Part shown: positions 10,927-21,056 of the stretch, in pieces
Numbering within the stretch: position 1 is the stretch's first letter
Layout: the number at the start of each line of letters is the position of its first letter
NCBI GenBank assembly: GCA_963837955.1
Contig: CAWIPH010000002.1
Coordinates: 2,304,001 to 2,368,000, forward strand
Origin: an uncultured Verrucomicrobiae bacterium
Lineage (GTDB): Bacteria; Verrucomicrobiota; Verrucomicrobiia; Chthoniobacterales; JAFAMB01
Direction: 5' to 3'
DNA: 64,000 nt
Position numbers and translations under genes: made by a program
The notes under the pieces: model-generated
Told to the model about the DNA's origin: nothing
Databases searched by the model: none
What the model saw: the letters and a program-made list of their open reading frames with translations, nothing else

Positions 10927-11932
10927 ACCTATGACGTTGGATCCGATCGAAACGACGCAGACCAAGGTCGAACGTCCAACGTCTTACGGAATTCCTATCC
11001 TAAATTTTTTAACGAAATATTACATTCAGTCTCTGCTGATTATCTCGGTGGTAGTTCTTGTTGTTGTGAACCCGTACTTCGGAACTGCAGAAAACTTGGA
11101 GAACATTCTTCTCCAGGCCTCATTTGCCGGAATCAGCGCAGCGGGCATGACACTCTTGATCGTTTCCGGTGCTTTCGATTTGTCAGTAGCCGGTTTACTC
11201 GGACTCTGTGGCGTCGTGAGTTCTGGGTTACTACCTTCCTTAGGAGTAGTCCTCACCGTGATTGCCGCCCTATTCCTCGGTTTATTCTTGGGTCTACTAA
11301 ACGGTCTCGTGGTGACCAAACTGCGAATCCCCGCTTTCATCGCGACTTTGGGAATGATGAACATCTACCTTGCTCTGGCGTTTATCTGGACTCAGGGGAG
11401 TCGAGTCATCTCCGTAGAAGATGCGAGTTTTAATGTCCTGGGAACGGGAACTTTGTTTGGTGTTTTGCCGATCCCGTTTTTGATAATGGTCGCAACGTAT
11501 CTTGTCTGCTATGCGATTCTGAACTGGAGTGTTTACGGGCGGTGCCTTCGCGCCGTCGGCAGCAATGAAATCGCGGCAAGGACGGCTGGTCTCCCAGTTG
11601 ATCTCATCAGAATTCTGGCATTCGCTATTGTCGGGGGCTGCAGCGCCTTAGCCGGAGTTTTTCTTACGGCAGAACTATCATCGGCCAGCGCTGTAATGGC
11701 TTCTGGCTACGAACTAACTGTTATAGCCGTCGTAGTAATAGGAGGCACCAGCTTAAGGGGGGGCGAAGGTACACTTTTTGGATCATTCGCCGGCGCTCTG
11801 TTTTTTGCAGTTATAAGCAGTGCGCTCAACATCTTGAATGTTGGCGCCTATTGGCAATATGTTGTCACCGGTATTTTTCTTATTAGTGCGCTTGGGGTGC
11901 AAGCGCTGCGCGGCTATATTCAGGCTGAGTGA
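10919..11932 (+). CDS. Sugar ABC transporter permease
   Basis: GMTLLIVSGAFDLSV and IAVVVIGGTSLRGG motifs. Confidence 0.95.
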   Translation: MPRPMTLDPIETTQTKVERPTSYGIPILNFLTKYYIQSLLIISVVVLVVVNPYFGTAENLENILLQASFAGISAAGMTLLIVSGAFDLSVAGLLGLCGVVSSGLLPSLGVVLTVIAALFLGLFLGLLNGLVVTKLRIPAFIATLGMMNIYLALAFIWTQGSRVISVEDASFNVLGTGTLFGVLPIPFLIMVATYLVCYAILNWSVYGRCLRAVGSNEIAARTAGLPVDLIRILAFAIVGGCSALAGVFLTAELSSASAVMASGYELTVIAVVVIGGTSLRGGEGTLFGSFAGALFFAVISSALNILNVGAYWQYVVTGIFLISALGVQALRGYIQAE

Positions 11933-12063
11933 CGCCGACAGGGATCGCGTCTTAACTAGCGCAGGTTTACACCGACTATCGTTATCGCTGTGATTTCGAT
12001 TTTCGCTGTCTGCCTCGAGCATAAATTATCTGCTACCCGCTAACCGAGACAAAAAGCACAAGT

Positions 12064-13224
12064 ATGATAATTGAAGCTATTGGCCGCCGGCTTCGACTGG
12101 CCGTCATCGGTGGCGGTCCCGGATCCGTAATTGGCGAGGTTCATCGTGCTGGTGCGCGCCTTGACGGTTACTACGACATTGTAGCTTCCGCTCTTTCATC
12201 TGACCCTGGGCGATCTGGTCGGTACGGCCGCGCCATCGGGGTTTCAGACGAACGCGCCTATCCATCTTGGCTCGAGCTGATCGAAAGCGAGGCAGAGCGG
12301 AAAGATCGCGTCGATGTCATTGCCGTGATGACTCCGAATGACAGTCACTATGACATCTGCTCATTAGCGCTGGATAACGGATTCCATGTCGTCTGCGACA
12401 AACCGCTAACAACGGACCTTGCCTCGGCAGTAAGCCTTGCGCGCAAGGTTAGGACAACCGGACTCGAGTTCTGCCTTACGCACTCCTACACTGGATATCC
12501 AATGGTGCGCCAAGCCCGAGCGATGGTACGCAGCGGGGCGATAGGCTCCATCCGCCAGCTTCATCTTCAATACGTCCAGGGATACCTGGCCTCTGGGGAT
12601 GTGCCCCCCGGATGGCGACTTGATCCGGCGCGCGTCGGCGGCTCGATGATCCTAATTGACATTGGGACTCACGCTCACCATTTGGGCTCCTACGTAACGG
12701 GGCTTGAGCTCGAAAGCCTGTGCGCTGACCTGGGACATGTCGTTCCTAACCGCAAAGTGGACGACTACGTCTCGATGCTTCTTCGATACTCGAACGGTGC
12801 GCGTGGCTCTATGTGGGTTACAAACGCGGCCAGCGGTGCCGAGCACGGGTTATGTTTTCGTATTTTTGGCGAGACCGGAGGTCTTGAATGGTATCAAGAG
12901 GAGCCAAATCGTTTGGTCCATCGGAAAAGAGACGGTCTCGAAGAGATTATTACGCGGCGCCAGGATTCATTTGTCAGTGAAGACGCCAGGCGGGTGACAC
13001 GGGTACAAATTGGTCATCCCGAAGGCTATATTGAAGCCTTTGCTAACCTGTACTCTGATTTTGCCAGGGCCGTAGTTGCAAGAATGCGCGGAGAGCCCCT
13101 GGACAAGATCGATCGGCCTTTTCCGACCGTCGAAGATGGCGTCAAGGGCTTAGCCTTTGTCCAAGCCGCGACACAAAGTTCCGCCTCACGTACGTGGAAA
13201 GTGGTCGAAGTGCCGTCAATCTAG
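12064..13224 (+). CDS. Gfo/Idh/MocA family oxidoreductase
   Basis: IGGGPGSVIG, TPNDSH, CDKPL, DIGTH and GHPEGYIEAF motifs. Confidence 0.93.
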   Translation: MIIEAIGRRLRLAVIGGGPGSVIGEVHRAGARLDGYYDIVASALSSDPGRSGRYGRAIGVSDERAYPSWLELIESEAERKDRVDVIAVMTPNDSHYDICSLALDNGFHVVCDKPLTTDLASAVSLARKVRTTGLEFCLTHSYTGYPMVRQARAMVRSGAIGSIRQLHLQYVQGYLASGDVPPGWRLDPARVGGSMILIDIGTHAHHLGSYVTGLELESLCADLGHVVPNRKVDDYVSMLLRYSNGARGSMWVTNAASGAEHGLCFRIFGETGGLEWYQEEPNRLVHRKRDGLEEIITRRQDSFVSEDARRVTRVQIGHPEGYIEAFANLYSDFARAVVARMRGEPLDKIDRPFPTVEDGVKGLAFVQAATQSSASRTWKVVEVPSI

Positions 13225-13271
13225 CGGCGGGTACCCTTTGGCAGTGGTGACTTTGCTGGAAAAAACCGGTG

Positions 13272-14147
13272 CTACCTCTTTCGATTTCTATCTAAAGTCA
13301 GTGCATTTTTCTTCGAGCGCGTTCGCGCTGTTTCCTTGATGACGGTCGCGCCTTTTGCGTCAGAATTTAGATCTGCTCCCCGAATGTCTACTATGCGAAG
13401 CGTTGCGCCCGCAGCCTCAAGGCTTTTCGCTTTGGTGCTGGAGAGGTGACTATCAGTGATCGTCAAATCAACGTCGCGCAAACGCGCAAAACTGGTAAGG
13501 CAATTGTGCCCATACTTGGAGGAGTCTACCAGCACGTACGTCTCTTCGGAAGCGCGCATAATCGCTTCTTTGATCTGCGCGTCCTCCGGATTGGGCGTGC
13601 TATGACCCTTTTCAACGGTAAAGCCGGAACTACCAAGAAAGGCCTTGTCCGCACGATACCGGTCGAGAATGGTCAGCGTTTCCCGCCCAAGTAAAGCCAG
13701 GCTTTTGTTTCGAACGAAGCCACCCAAAAGGAGGATGTCATAACCGGCGCTGGACAATTCGAGAGCTACCGGGACGGAGCAGGTGATGATAAATGCGGAT
13801 TTTACCTGCTCCTTCAAAAGCTGGGCCAAGGCGAGGGTGGTGGTCCCCGCGTCCAGAATGATGGTGTCCCCGTCTTTGATGTATCCCAATGCTGCGGCGG
13901 CAATGGCACGCTTTTGCTGACGGTGCATCTGAACACGTTCAAAAAAGGACTTATTAAATCGACTGCGATGGGAGAAAACGGCCCCACCAAAAGTCCGTTG
14001 GAGGAGGCCTTCACTTTCCAGCTCGTCTAAATCTTTCCGGATCGTGACCACGCTGACTTCGAAACGATCGGCTAAATCGCCGACATTCAAGGTACCGGTC
14101 TCTTCCAGAAGATTTAGTATTTGCTGACGGCGGGGTCCTGTTCTCAC
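13272..14147 (-). CDS. DeoR/GlpR family transcriptional regulator (close paralog of 3947-4783)
   Basis: Long identical peptide blocks shared with 3947-4783. Confidence 0.95.
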   Translation of the reverse strand: MRTGPRRQQILNLLEETGTLNVGDLADRFEVSVVTIRKDLDELESEGLLQRTFGGAVFSHRSRFNKSFFERVQMHRQQKRAIAAAALGYIKDGDTIILDAGTTTLALAQLLKEQVKSAFIITCSVPVALELSSAGYDILLLGGFVRNKSLALLGRETLTILDRYRADKAFLGSSGFTVEKGHSTPNPEDAQIKEAIMRASEETYVLVDSSKYGHNCLTSFARLRDVDLTITDSHLSSTKAKSLEAAGATLRIVDIRGADLNSDAKGATVIKETARTRSKKNALTLDRNRKR

Positions 14148-14348
14148 CAGTGAGGCTCCTTCGTGACTATCGGTAATGAGATTAGCCTTGAGCTGTCACA
14201 TCAATCAAGGATTGGTGAACCGAATGGTTACAAGATTGAATATAGAAGAGCCAAGGGGGAGGGATTTTCGGATGAGGACACAAACAAGCTCCTTTTAGCC
14301 TATAGGTGCCGAGGCCGCCTCCGCAAGCTGCGCGCCGCGAGGAGATTT

Positions 14349-14750
14349 GTCCCGGAGGGACGCAATGAAAGTAGCCCAGCAATTTATTGCTGGGTTAGCG
14401 TTGAAAAAGAACGGGCCGTCCCGGAGGGACCTGATGAAAGTAGCCCAGCACGAAGTGCTGGGAAATAATGCAAAAAGAGAGGTCCGTCCCGTTAAGGGAC
14501 GATAGAAGTGTTGTGGCTCATGGTCCTCTCTCGTGCGGCTTCACCAGCCTAAGCAACCGTCGATCGTCCCGTCCGGGACGGGTCGTCTCTTTTGAACGTG
14601 AACCCAGCACTTCGTACTGGGCTACTTTCATTGAGTCCCTCCGGGACGACTCCTCTCGGCGCATATTCTTCCTTTTATGCTGACGCGCATGCGTGGCCGG
14701 GGGGCCGGGTTAGCGTTGAAAAGAAGGCGCCGTCCCGGAGGGACGATCGA
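14349..14750. repeat. Cluster of CGTC-type REP-like palindromes (GTCCC-N4-GGGAC units)
   Basis: Repeated GTCCCGGAGGGAC-N-TGAAAGTAGCCCAGCA...TGCTGGG units; 14417-14500 is mirrored at 14562-14648; partial copy at 14707-14750. Confidence 0.85.
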
Positions 14751-14849
14751 AGTGATCGCAACTTGGCTCTTATATGCCTTGGCGGGCGCAAGCGATAATC
14801 AGCCCGACCTCTTTCCACACAGCGGCTAAATTCGATATGTCGGCGCGAT

Positions 14850-15665
14850 TCATAACGGGCGAACTGATTGGAGCTTCTGCTGAAGGAACAACGAAATCGC
14901 GGTTGCGACCTCCTTGACGTGACCAGCCGGGTCGACTGATTTGGGTGTTACTTCTTGGAACGTGCTGCTCGGAATTAGTGAAGAGAGCAGCTGCGCGTAC
15001 TCAATCGGGTGAATTGGATCTTGGTGGCTTCCCAAAATCAGGGTTGGAACCCTGATAGTCTTCCAGGCCGCCGAATCGTTGTTTGGAACATCTTTGGGCA
15101 TCCGATCTAAGACGGCGAAGTTCTGTTCAGCTCCTGGGCGTTCGAACTGCCGCAGGAGCGAATGCGCCGAGTCGACCGATTGATCGAGGACCTGCTTGAA
15201 TAGCTCGTAACTTTCAAACAGCGTTCGTCCTTTCACGATTCCTTCATGCTCAATCAGACTCGCGATCTGGGGATAGGCCCGCAGGTTTTTCGGAAAACGT
15301 TCATTGAGCCACGCCGGCCGGCAGAGAATCAGACCAAGTGTTCTGTCAGGAAACCGGAGGGCAAAGTTGAGCGCAACGCCCGCACCCATCGAGATGCCAC
15401 CAATCACGGCGGCACGGATTTCTAAATGATTTAGCAGCGAGCCAAGATCGTCGGCGAAACTGCTGAACGTAAGTCGATCCGGATCAAGCGAGGCAATGGT
15501 CCCACCGTGGCCCCGCGCATCGAATGATAAAAGCCGAACGCCAGGAACGGAGAATGTTTTTGGCTGGCTAACATCACCTCCCAAGCCGTGTTGAAACACC
15601 AGTGGTATCCCGGTACCTTCGTCGATGTAGTTGAAGGTTGCGTCGGATGTTCTAAAGCTGGGCAT
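14850..15665 (-). CDS. Alpha/beta fold hydrolase
   Basis: HGLGG, DARGHG, nucleophile GISMG and DPIHP motifs. Confidence 0.9.
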   Translation of the reverse strand: MPSFRTSDATFNYIDEGTGIPLVFQHGLGGDVSQPKTFSVPGVRLLSFDARGHGGTIASLDPDRLTFSSFADDLGSLLNHLEIRAAVIGGISMGAGVALNFALRFPDRTLGLILCRPAWLNERFPKNLRAYPQIASLIEHEGIVKGRTLFESYELFKQVLDQSVDSAHSLLRQFERPGAEQNFAVLDRMPKDVPNNDSAAWKTIRVPTLILGSHQDPIHPIEYAQLLSSLIPSSTFQEVTPKSVDPAGHVKEVATAISLFLQQKLQSVRPL

Positions 15666-16500
15666 GATCCGCCCCCTTTCCCAAAATGATCCCCCGCAAA
15701 TAGTGCGCTGTCGGCGCAGCTTGTGATTCCTCTATCCCATGTGCGATAAGAGGTCCTGGGAAACCGACTTCCTGTAGGCATCGCAGAAAGTGCGCGAAAT
15801 CGACAGCACCTTTCCCGGCCGGACAGACCTTGCCGTTACTGTCTCGATCTTTTGCGTGGGCGAGGACGACCTGATCGCCTAAGAGCTGACAAGCCTCCTC
15901 AACGATGACTCGATCTTCCGAGACTGAGGCAGCTTTGATTAGGTTTGCGGGATCGAGTATGATTTTGAGCCGGGAACTCTTGATCTCTTTGATCAATCGC
16001 CATGCTGCCGGAGCCGAATCGATCACATTTGCCGGTTCGGGCTCGATCGCTAAGAGTAAGTTGCTGCCCTCTGCAATCAGAATAGCGCCTTCTAAAGAAT
16101 CCAAGAAATCAGCCCTGGCCTCCTTCGACGCGTTGTCCGGATGCCGACGCCACATGTTCAACGGATCACGTGTCCCGGTGCAAAGCGTTAGCACCGGGAT
16201 ATGCAGTCGCCCGCAAACTCCAGCCAACACTTTCAAGCTCGCCAGCCCATCAGCTCTTATTCTGGAGTCGGGATGCGCCATGTTAAAAGTGCCCGATAGC
16301 GCTGAGAGCTCGACCTTCTCATTAGCCGCTGCTGATAAGATTTGATCTATTGTTTCGTCATTAACATTGGTTGGTAGTGAAACAGGGCCAGCACACGCCA
16401 TGTTGAACTGCGTACAGGAGTAATCGCAGCCTCTAACCGCAGCGAATATCTCGCTGACAGTTTCGCGGCGGAACGTTTTGGCAAAGATACCCAGGTTCAT
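15652..16500 (-). CDS. Sugar phosphate isomerase/epimerase (xylose-isomerase-like TIM barrel)
   Basis: IEPE, LDPAN and AHAKDR motifs; start at MNLGIFAK overlaps the upstream stop (ATGA). Confidence 0.88.
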   Translation of the reverse strand: MNLGIFAKTFRRETVSEIFAAVRGCDYSCTQFNMACAGPVSLPTNVNDETIDQILSAAANEKVELSALSGTFNMAHPDSRIRADGLASLKVLAGVCGRLHIPVLTLCTGTRDPLNMWRRHPDNASKEARADFLDSLEGAILIAEGSNLLLAIEPEPANVIDSAPAAWRLIKEIKSSRLKIILDPANLIKAASVSEDRVIVEEACQLLGDQVVLAHAKDRDSNGKVCPAGKGAVDFAHFLRCLQEVGFPGPLIAHGIEESQAAPTAHYLRGIILGKGADHAQL

Positions 16501-17573
16501 CGGACTCCTCCGGTGACGTCGGCGAGCTGCACGGGTTTCCCAGTGTGGCATGAGTCAGAAACAGCGACTAAGGCTCGCATCACGGCCAGTCCATCGTCCG
16601 CCGTTGCACCATGTTGAGGCGTTCCCTTGAGAATGGTGTCGGCAAATCCTTCAAGCTGAAGTTTGTAAAAATGCGCGTCAGCTCCCAGTGCACGGTGGTA
16701 CTGCCCGTCCCGGACGGAAAAGCATTCGACTTCGCTGGAGCGCAGATACCAAGGATTAAATGTCTTTCCGATGACGCTCCCGTGTTCGGCGTAGATTTGA
16801 AAACCTTCGTGCCAGTCCATCCGGACAGGAATGGTGAGATCGAGCTGGCCGGTGAAACCGTCGGCGAACTTAGCGGTGATCATCCAGCAGAATGCACCGA
16901 ACCTTTCAGTAAGCTCTGCCTGGACGCTGACGATCTGGCCACCGAGGAAAAGTGCGGTGTCGAAAAGGTGACTGCCGTGGCCAAGAAGGTAGTAGGCAGT
17001 TTTGTTGGCTTTGGGGTTCCCATCCGGCTTCTTACTGGCAGAGCTGATGATTGGAATCGGCTGGAGGTTATCAGTTTGGACGTACCGGTAAATCGAATCG
17101 CAGTACCAAGCTTTCAGCGCCAGCAGTTCTCCTCCTTCTTCCTGAAGAAATCGCTTGGCAAAAGCGATCCCCGGATCGAAACGTTTCATCGTCCCTACCT
17201 GAACTGTGAGGCGAGATGCTTTGGCCTGATCACGTAGCGCTAGACACTCCTCAACCGTGGTGCCGAGCGGCTTTTCAACCAACACATGCTTACCGGCGGC
17301 CAGCGCTCTGGAAGCAGCCTCAACATGGAATTGATCAGCGATCGCGATGATGATGGCTTCCACTTCGGGGTCGGCCAACATCTCATCGTAGCTAAGGTAA
17401 GTTTTCTTTGGCTGGTAGTAAGCGGCTAATCGGGTGACCAGGTCTTTAGCTACATCACATATCGCGTAGAGCTCCGCGTTGCGTGCTTTAATGCACGATT
17501 CGAAGTGCGCGGCTTGTGAGATTGGACCGCAACCGAGAATCCCGACCCGGAGCAATCGATTTTCCTTGGTCAT
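16497..17573 (-). CDS. Gfo/Idh/MocA family oxidoreductase
   Basis: VGILGCGPIS, HVLVEKP and KRFDP motifs. Confidence 0.92.
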   Translation of the reverse strand: MTKENRLLRVGILGCGPISQAAHFESCIKARNAELYAICDVAKDLVTRLAAYYQPKKTYLSYDEMLADPEVEAIIIAIADQFHVEAASRALAAGKHVLVEKPLGTTVEECLALRDQAKASRLTVQVGTMKRFDPGIAFAKRFLQEEGGELLALKAWYCDSIYRYVQTDNLQPIPIISSASKKPDGNPKANKTAYYLLGHGSHLFDTALFLGGQIVSVQAELTERFGAFCWMITAKFADGFTGQLDLTIPVRMDWHEGFQIYAEHGSVIGKTFNPWYLRSSEVECFSVRDGQYHRALGADAHFYKLQLEGFADTILKGTPQHGATADDGLAVMRALVAVSDSCHTGKPVQLADVTGGVR

Positions 17574-18232
17574 GCTAAAGCTTCCTCGGCTTGGCGTCCT
17601 AGACTCTTGATCCAACTAATTGCAGCGCACGGATCCTTATCTCCGAAAACCAGTGACCCTGGGATCACGCCATCGGCGCCGGCCGCCGCCAACATAGGGA
17701 CTGTGTGACGGCGGATTCCGCCATCGACGAAAATTTCGACTCCGGTCCGATCTCGCTCGTGGACGATGGTTCTGATCCTTTCACCGATTCGCGCATCGAT
17801 ATCCTGGCCTTTGACGCCGATCTCTGTGCCCATCACAAGAAGTCGATCGACAAGGTCTAAATGAAGGTTTTCAGCATCAATCTGATCTCCTAGCTCCACG
17901 ACCAATCCAGTTTTCTTGCCCAATTCCCTGATCTTCGAAAGAGTGGCTCGGACGTCAGAGCAGAGGGTGCGGTGCACCGTAATAATATCGGATCCGGATT
18001 CTGCGAATCGTTCGATCCAACCGTCGGTATCCGACATCATAACGTGCACGTCTAAACAAGCCGTCGTCCGCGCCCGAAGCGCCGAGACAAAGTCCGGCCC
18101 GAATAACAGGTTTGGAACACAGAGCCCGTCCATCACGTCGAGGTGAAGGCCGTCGACGTGCGGTGCGACGAGATCAACGGCTGCTCCGAGGTCTAGTAAG
18201 TCCGCAGACCAAAGTGAAATTGAGACTTTCAT
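17570..18232 (-). CDS. Ribulose-phosphate 3-epimerase family protein (Rpe/AlsE-like paralog)
   Basis: LHLDVMDG, LDVHVM, VDGGI and GADGVIPGS motifs. Confidence 0.88.
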   Translation of the reverse strand: MKVSISLWSADLLDLGAAVDLVAPHVDGLHLDVMDGLCVPNLLFGPDFVSALRARTTACLDVHVMMSDTDGWIERFAESGSDIITVHRTLCSDVRATLSKIRELGKKTGLVVELGDQIDAENLHLDLVDRLLVMGTEIGVKGQDIDARIGERIRTIVHERDRTGVEIFVDGGIRRHTVPMLAAAGADGVIPGSLVFGDKDPCAAISWIKSLGRQAEEALA

Positions 18233-18360
18233 GAACGTTTACAAAGGCGACACGTATTGTTTCGAATGCATACGTGTGACTGCGTATGGATTCGTATCGC
18301 TATTATTCGAAGTCAAACGAAAATAGTTGAAACCAAACAAAAAGCGTGGAGAATGGACGT

Positions 18361-19161
18361 ATGGATCAGCCGATTGAGGACGGACCGGTGTTCGCTGATG
18401 AGCGGCAGAGCAAGATTGCGGAGTTAGTGGCTTGCCGGGGGAAAGTGTTAACTTCGCAGCTCACCACTCTTTTGGGTGTCAGCGAGCCCACCTTGCGGAA
18501 AGACTTAACAGTTCTGGAAGAAAGAGGACTGCTCAAGCGGACACATGGCGGCGCAGTCGCAATCCGCGCGCCGGCCGAACGTGAACTGGAGGTTCGCTCG
18601 ACCCAAAATCTGTCTGCCAAGCAGGCTATCGCCGTGGCATGCTTGCGGGAAATCAATAACGGAGAGGCGGTCTTCCTCGACAGCGGAACGACTGTAGAAC
18701 TCGTGGCTCACGAGCTCGGCAAAAGCCGGCGACCTGTTACGGTTGTGACCAACGCACCGAGAGCTGCGATGGAAATCGCGGCGAATAGCGCCATATCTCA
18801 TATCCTGCTCGGCGGACAGCTCCGGCTGGTAGGCGGCAGTCTTACCGGACCTTTGACAACGCAGATGCTTAACCTTTTCCGCATTAATACGGCTCTGATC
18901 GGAGTCAGCGGAATTAGCGAAGACGGGATTACCGTCTCAGATTTCGCAGAAGCCCAGCTCAAAATCGCAGTAATTGAAAGAGCTCAAAAAGTCGTAGTGC
19001 CGCTTGATCACACAAAGATCGGTGTCGTTGATTTTACCAAGGTCTGCGGATTGGATCAGATCGATGTAGTCGTGACCGACCGATCGAACGACATACTCCG
19101 CAAGCTTTGCGAAGAGCGCGGTATCCGGTTGATAGTTGCTGGTTCTAATTCGGTGTCATAG
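18361..19161 (+). CDS. DeoR/GlpR family transcriptional regulator
   Basis: VSEPTLRKDL...RTHGGA and FLDSGTT motifs; divergent from the rpe-like operon. Confidence 0.94.
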   Translation: MDQPIEDGPVFADERQSKIAELVACRGKVLTSQLTTLLGVSEPTLRKDLTVLEERGLLKRTHGGAVAIRAPAERELEVRSTQNLSAKQAIAVACLREINNGEAVFLDSGTTVELVAHELGKSRRPVTVVTNAPRAAMEIAANSAISHILLGGQLRLVGGSLTGPLTTQMLNLFRINTALIGVSGISEDGITVSDFAEAQLKIAVIERAQKVVVPLDHTKIGVVDFTKVCGLDQIDVVVTDRSNDILRKLCEERGIRLIVAGSNSVS

Positions 19162-19198
19162 TAGTCGCTCATTCTGCTGTCTTGCTCCTTTTCTCCAA

Positions 19199-20425
19199 AT
19201 GCCAAGCCATTCTTCCACTATCGGGGATTCCACGGACTTGACTTTCGGACGGGCCGCCGATCACCGCGCCGCTGCCTTGAGGGAGCGCAAGGTTCTGGTT
19301 GGTTTCGACGGATTTGTGGACAACATCGTAACTCCAGTGGCCACGCGCTACGGAGGAGGCAGTTCATTCACGCCCATCGAAACGACTCACGAATTTGCGG
19401 AGTTAATTCGAAAAGCGGGCGATGGTAAGAACGCGAACATAGAGCTTTTTCTGCGCCTTCAGAAGGTTGGCGGCAACGGTCCTATTCTTGCCAACGCGCT
19501 ATCCATGGCCGGCTGCCAGGTGCGTTACGTCGGCGCCCTTGGCTGGCCTTCACTGCATCCGGTGTTCAAAGAATTCGCAGAGCGGACAGAAGTCATATCG
19601 TTGGCGGAACCAGGTACGACGACCGCGTTGGAGTTTTCCGACGGCAAAATCATGCTCGGCATGGCCACGAGTCTGGATGCCATAACTTACGAACGAATTC
19701 TCGAAACGGTCGGCGAGGATCGGTTTCGGATTTTGGTCGGCGAATCGGATGTCGTCGCCTTCGTCGATTGGACGATGGTCTCACGAATGACTGACATTTT
19801 GACGTGCATTTTGGAAAGAATTCTTCCGAAATTGAGCAAGCCTGCCGCGCCAAAATTCTTTTTCGATTTGGCAGATCCTGCGAAACGGTTGTCGAATGAA
19901 CTCCAAACGGTGCTCGGTGTTATTTCGGGCTACCAGAGTTTTGGCAGCGTATGCCTCGGCCTAAACAGAACAGAGGCCTGCCAGGTCGCGAAGCTCCTGC
20001 AGATCTCGGCAGCGAACGAGGCTTCTATCGATGTCCTGGCGCGCGAAATCAGATGCAGCCTGAAATTGGACGTCGTGCTCGTACACGCGAAGGAGGGAGC
20101 CGCTTGTGCCGACGCGACCGGGGTCCAGATTTCGCCATCGCCGCGCTGCTCCCGGCCTGCAGTCAAAACCGGTGCCGGCGACCATTTCAATGCCGGTTAT
20201 ATCGTCGGTCGATTGCTTGGGCTGGAACCCCAAAAATGTCTTCCTCTAGCGATTGCGTCTCCCAGCCTGTACCTGCGTTCAGGATCGAGTCCAACGTTGG
20301 ACGAGCTAAGATCCTTCTTCGCGGACGAGAACTCTGACACTTTGGCAAACGCGTTCTCGCAGGAAGCCGGCCTCCTTGGTGACCGCGGCTTGTCTTCACA
20401 ACCTAATCACACTTCACAACTCTAA
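19199..20425 (+). CDS. PfkB/ribokinase-superfamily carbohydrate kinase
   Basis: VGFDGFVD, KVGGNGP, FFDLADP and the anion-hole motif TGAGDHFNAG. Confidence 0.82.
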   Translation: MPSHSSTIGDSTDLTFGRAADHRAAALRERKVLVGFDGFVDNIVTPVATRYGGGSSFTPIETTHEFAELIRKAGDGKNANIELFLRLQKVGGNGPILANALSMAGCQVRYVGALGWPSLHPVFKEFAERTEVISLAEPGTTTALEFSDGKIMLGMATSLDAITYERILETVGEDRFRILVGESDVVAFVDWTMVSRMTDILTCILERILPKLSKPAAPKFFFDLADPAKRLSNELQTVLGVISGYQSFGSVCLGLNRTEACQVAKLLQISAANEASIDVLAREIRCSLKLDVVLVHAKEGAACADATGVQISPSPRCSRPAVKTGAGDHFNAGYIVGRLLGLEPQKCLPLAIASPSLYLRSGSSPTLDELRSFFADENSDTLANAFSQEAGLLGDRGLSSQPNHTSQL

Positions 20426-20435
20426 GAGTTAGCCA

Positions 20436-21002
20436 ATGCACGATACCTCACCCCAGCGGGTCGCAGTCGATATGGACGAAGTAATGGCAGACACGCTCAC
20501 TAGGTGGCTGGAATGTTATAACCGAGATTTCGGTACGACGATTACGAAAGCTGACTTGCGTGGCAAAAGACTCTATGACCTAGTCGGTACGAGCGGAGCC
20601 GCGGCAGCCCGATCCTATTTAGACCGCGCTGAGTTCTTTCGCGATTTGCCGTTGATGGACGGTAGTCAAGAGATCCTGAAGCGGCTTTCTGAAAGATATG
20701 AAGTTTTTGTGACATCGGCTGCAATGGATCATCCCAATTCGTTTGCCGCTAAGTACGCCTGGCTTAAGGAGCATTTTCCGTTTATCCCAGATCGCCGGAT
20801 CGTATTTTGCGGAGACAAAAGCATCATCCGAGCCGATTTTATGATCGACGATAACGAGCAGAACTTGGCAGCTTTCACCGGCAAAAGCTTCATTTTCACC
20901 GCCCCTCACAACGTCCTGAATGGGAATTTTCCTCGGGTTAACACCTGGTTGGACATTGCTGATAGATTTGACCTAGTGTTGTCCGAGCGCGTAAGCGGCT
21001 AG
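20436..21002 (+). CDS. 5'(3')-deoxyribonucleotidase, NT5C/HAD family
   Basis: VDMDEVMAD, KYAWLKEHFPF and CGDKSIIRADFMIDD motifs. Confidence 0.9.
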   Translation: MHDTSPQRVAVDMDEVMADTLTRWLECYNRDFGTTITKADLRGKRLYDLVGTSGAAAARSYLDRAEFFRDLPLMDGSQEILKRLSERYEVFVTSAAMDHPNSFAAKYAWLKEHFPFIPDRRIVFCGDKSIIRADFMIDDNEQNLAAFTGKSFIFTAPHNVLNGNFPRVNTWLDIADRFDLVLSERVSG

Positions 21003-21056
21003 CGCCGGAGTTGAACTTTCGACGTAGCAAAGTAACCTCTTCCCTAGTCACCCAAC

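Noticed and set aside
11985..12010. TTCG/TATCG repeats as DeoR operators (similar runs near 5945 and 18290)
   Set aside because: Too short and degenerate to distinguish from chance by eye.
14349..14750. Possible CRISPR array, or ORFs 14163-14468, 14468-14683 and 14592-14798
   Set aside because: These are mirrored palindromic units without unique regular spacers. The ORFs are translations of repeat DNA.
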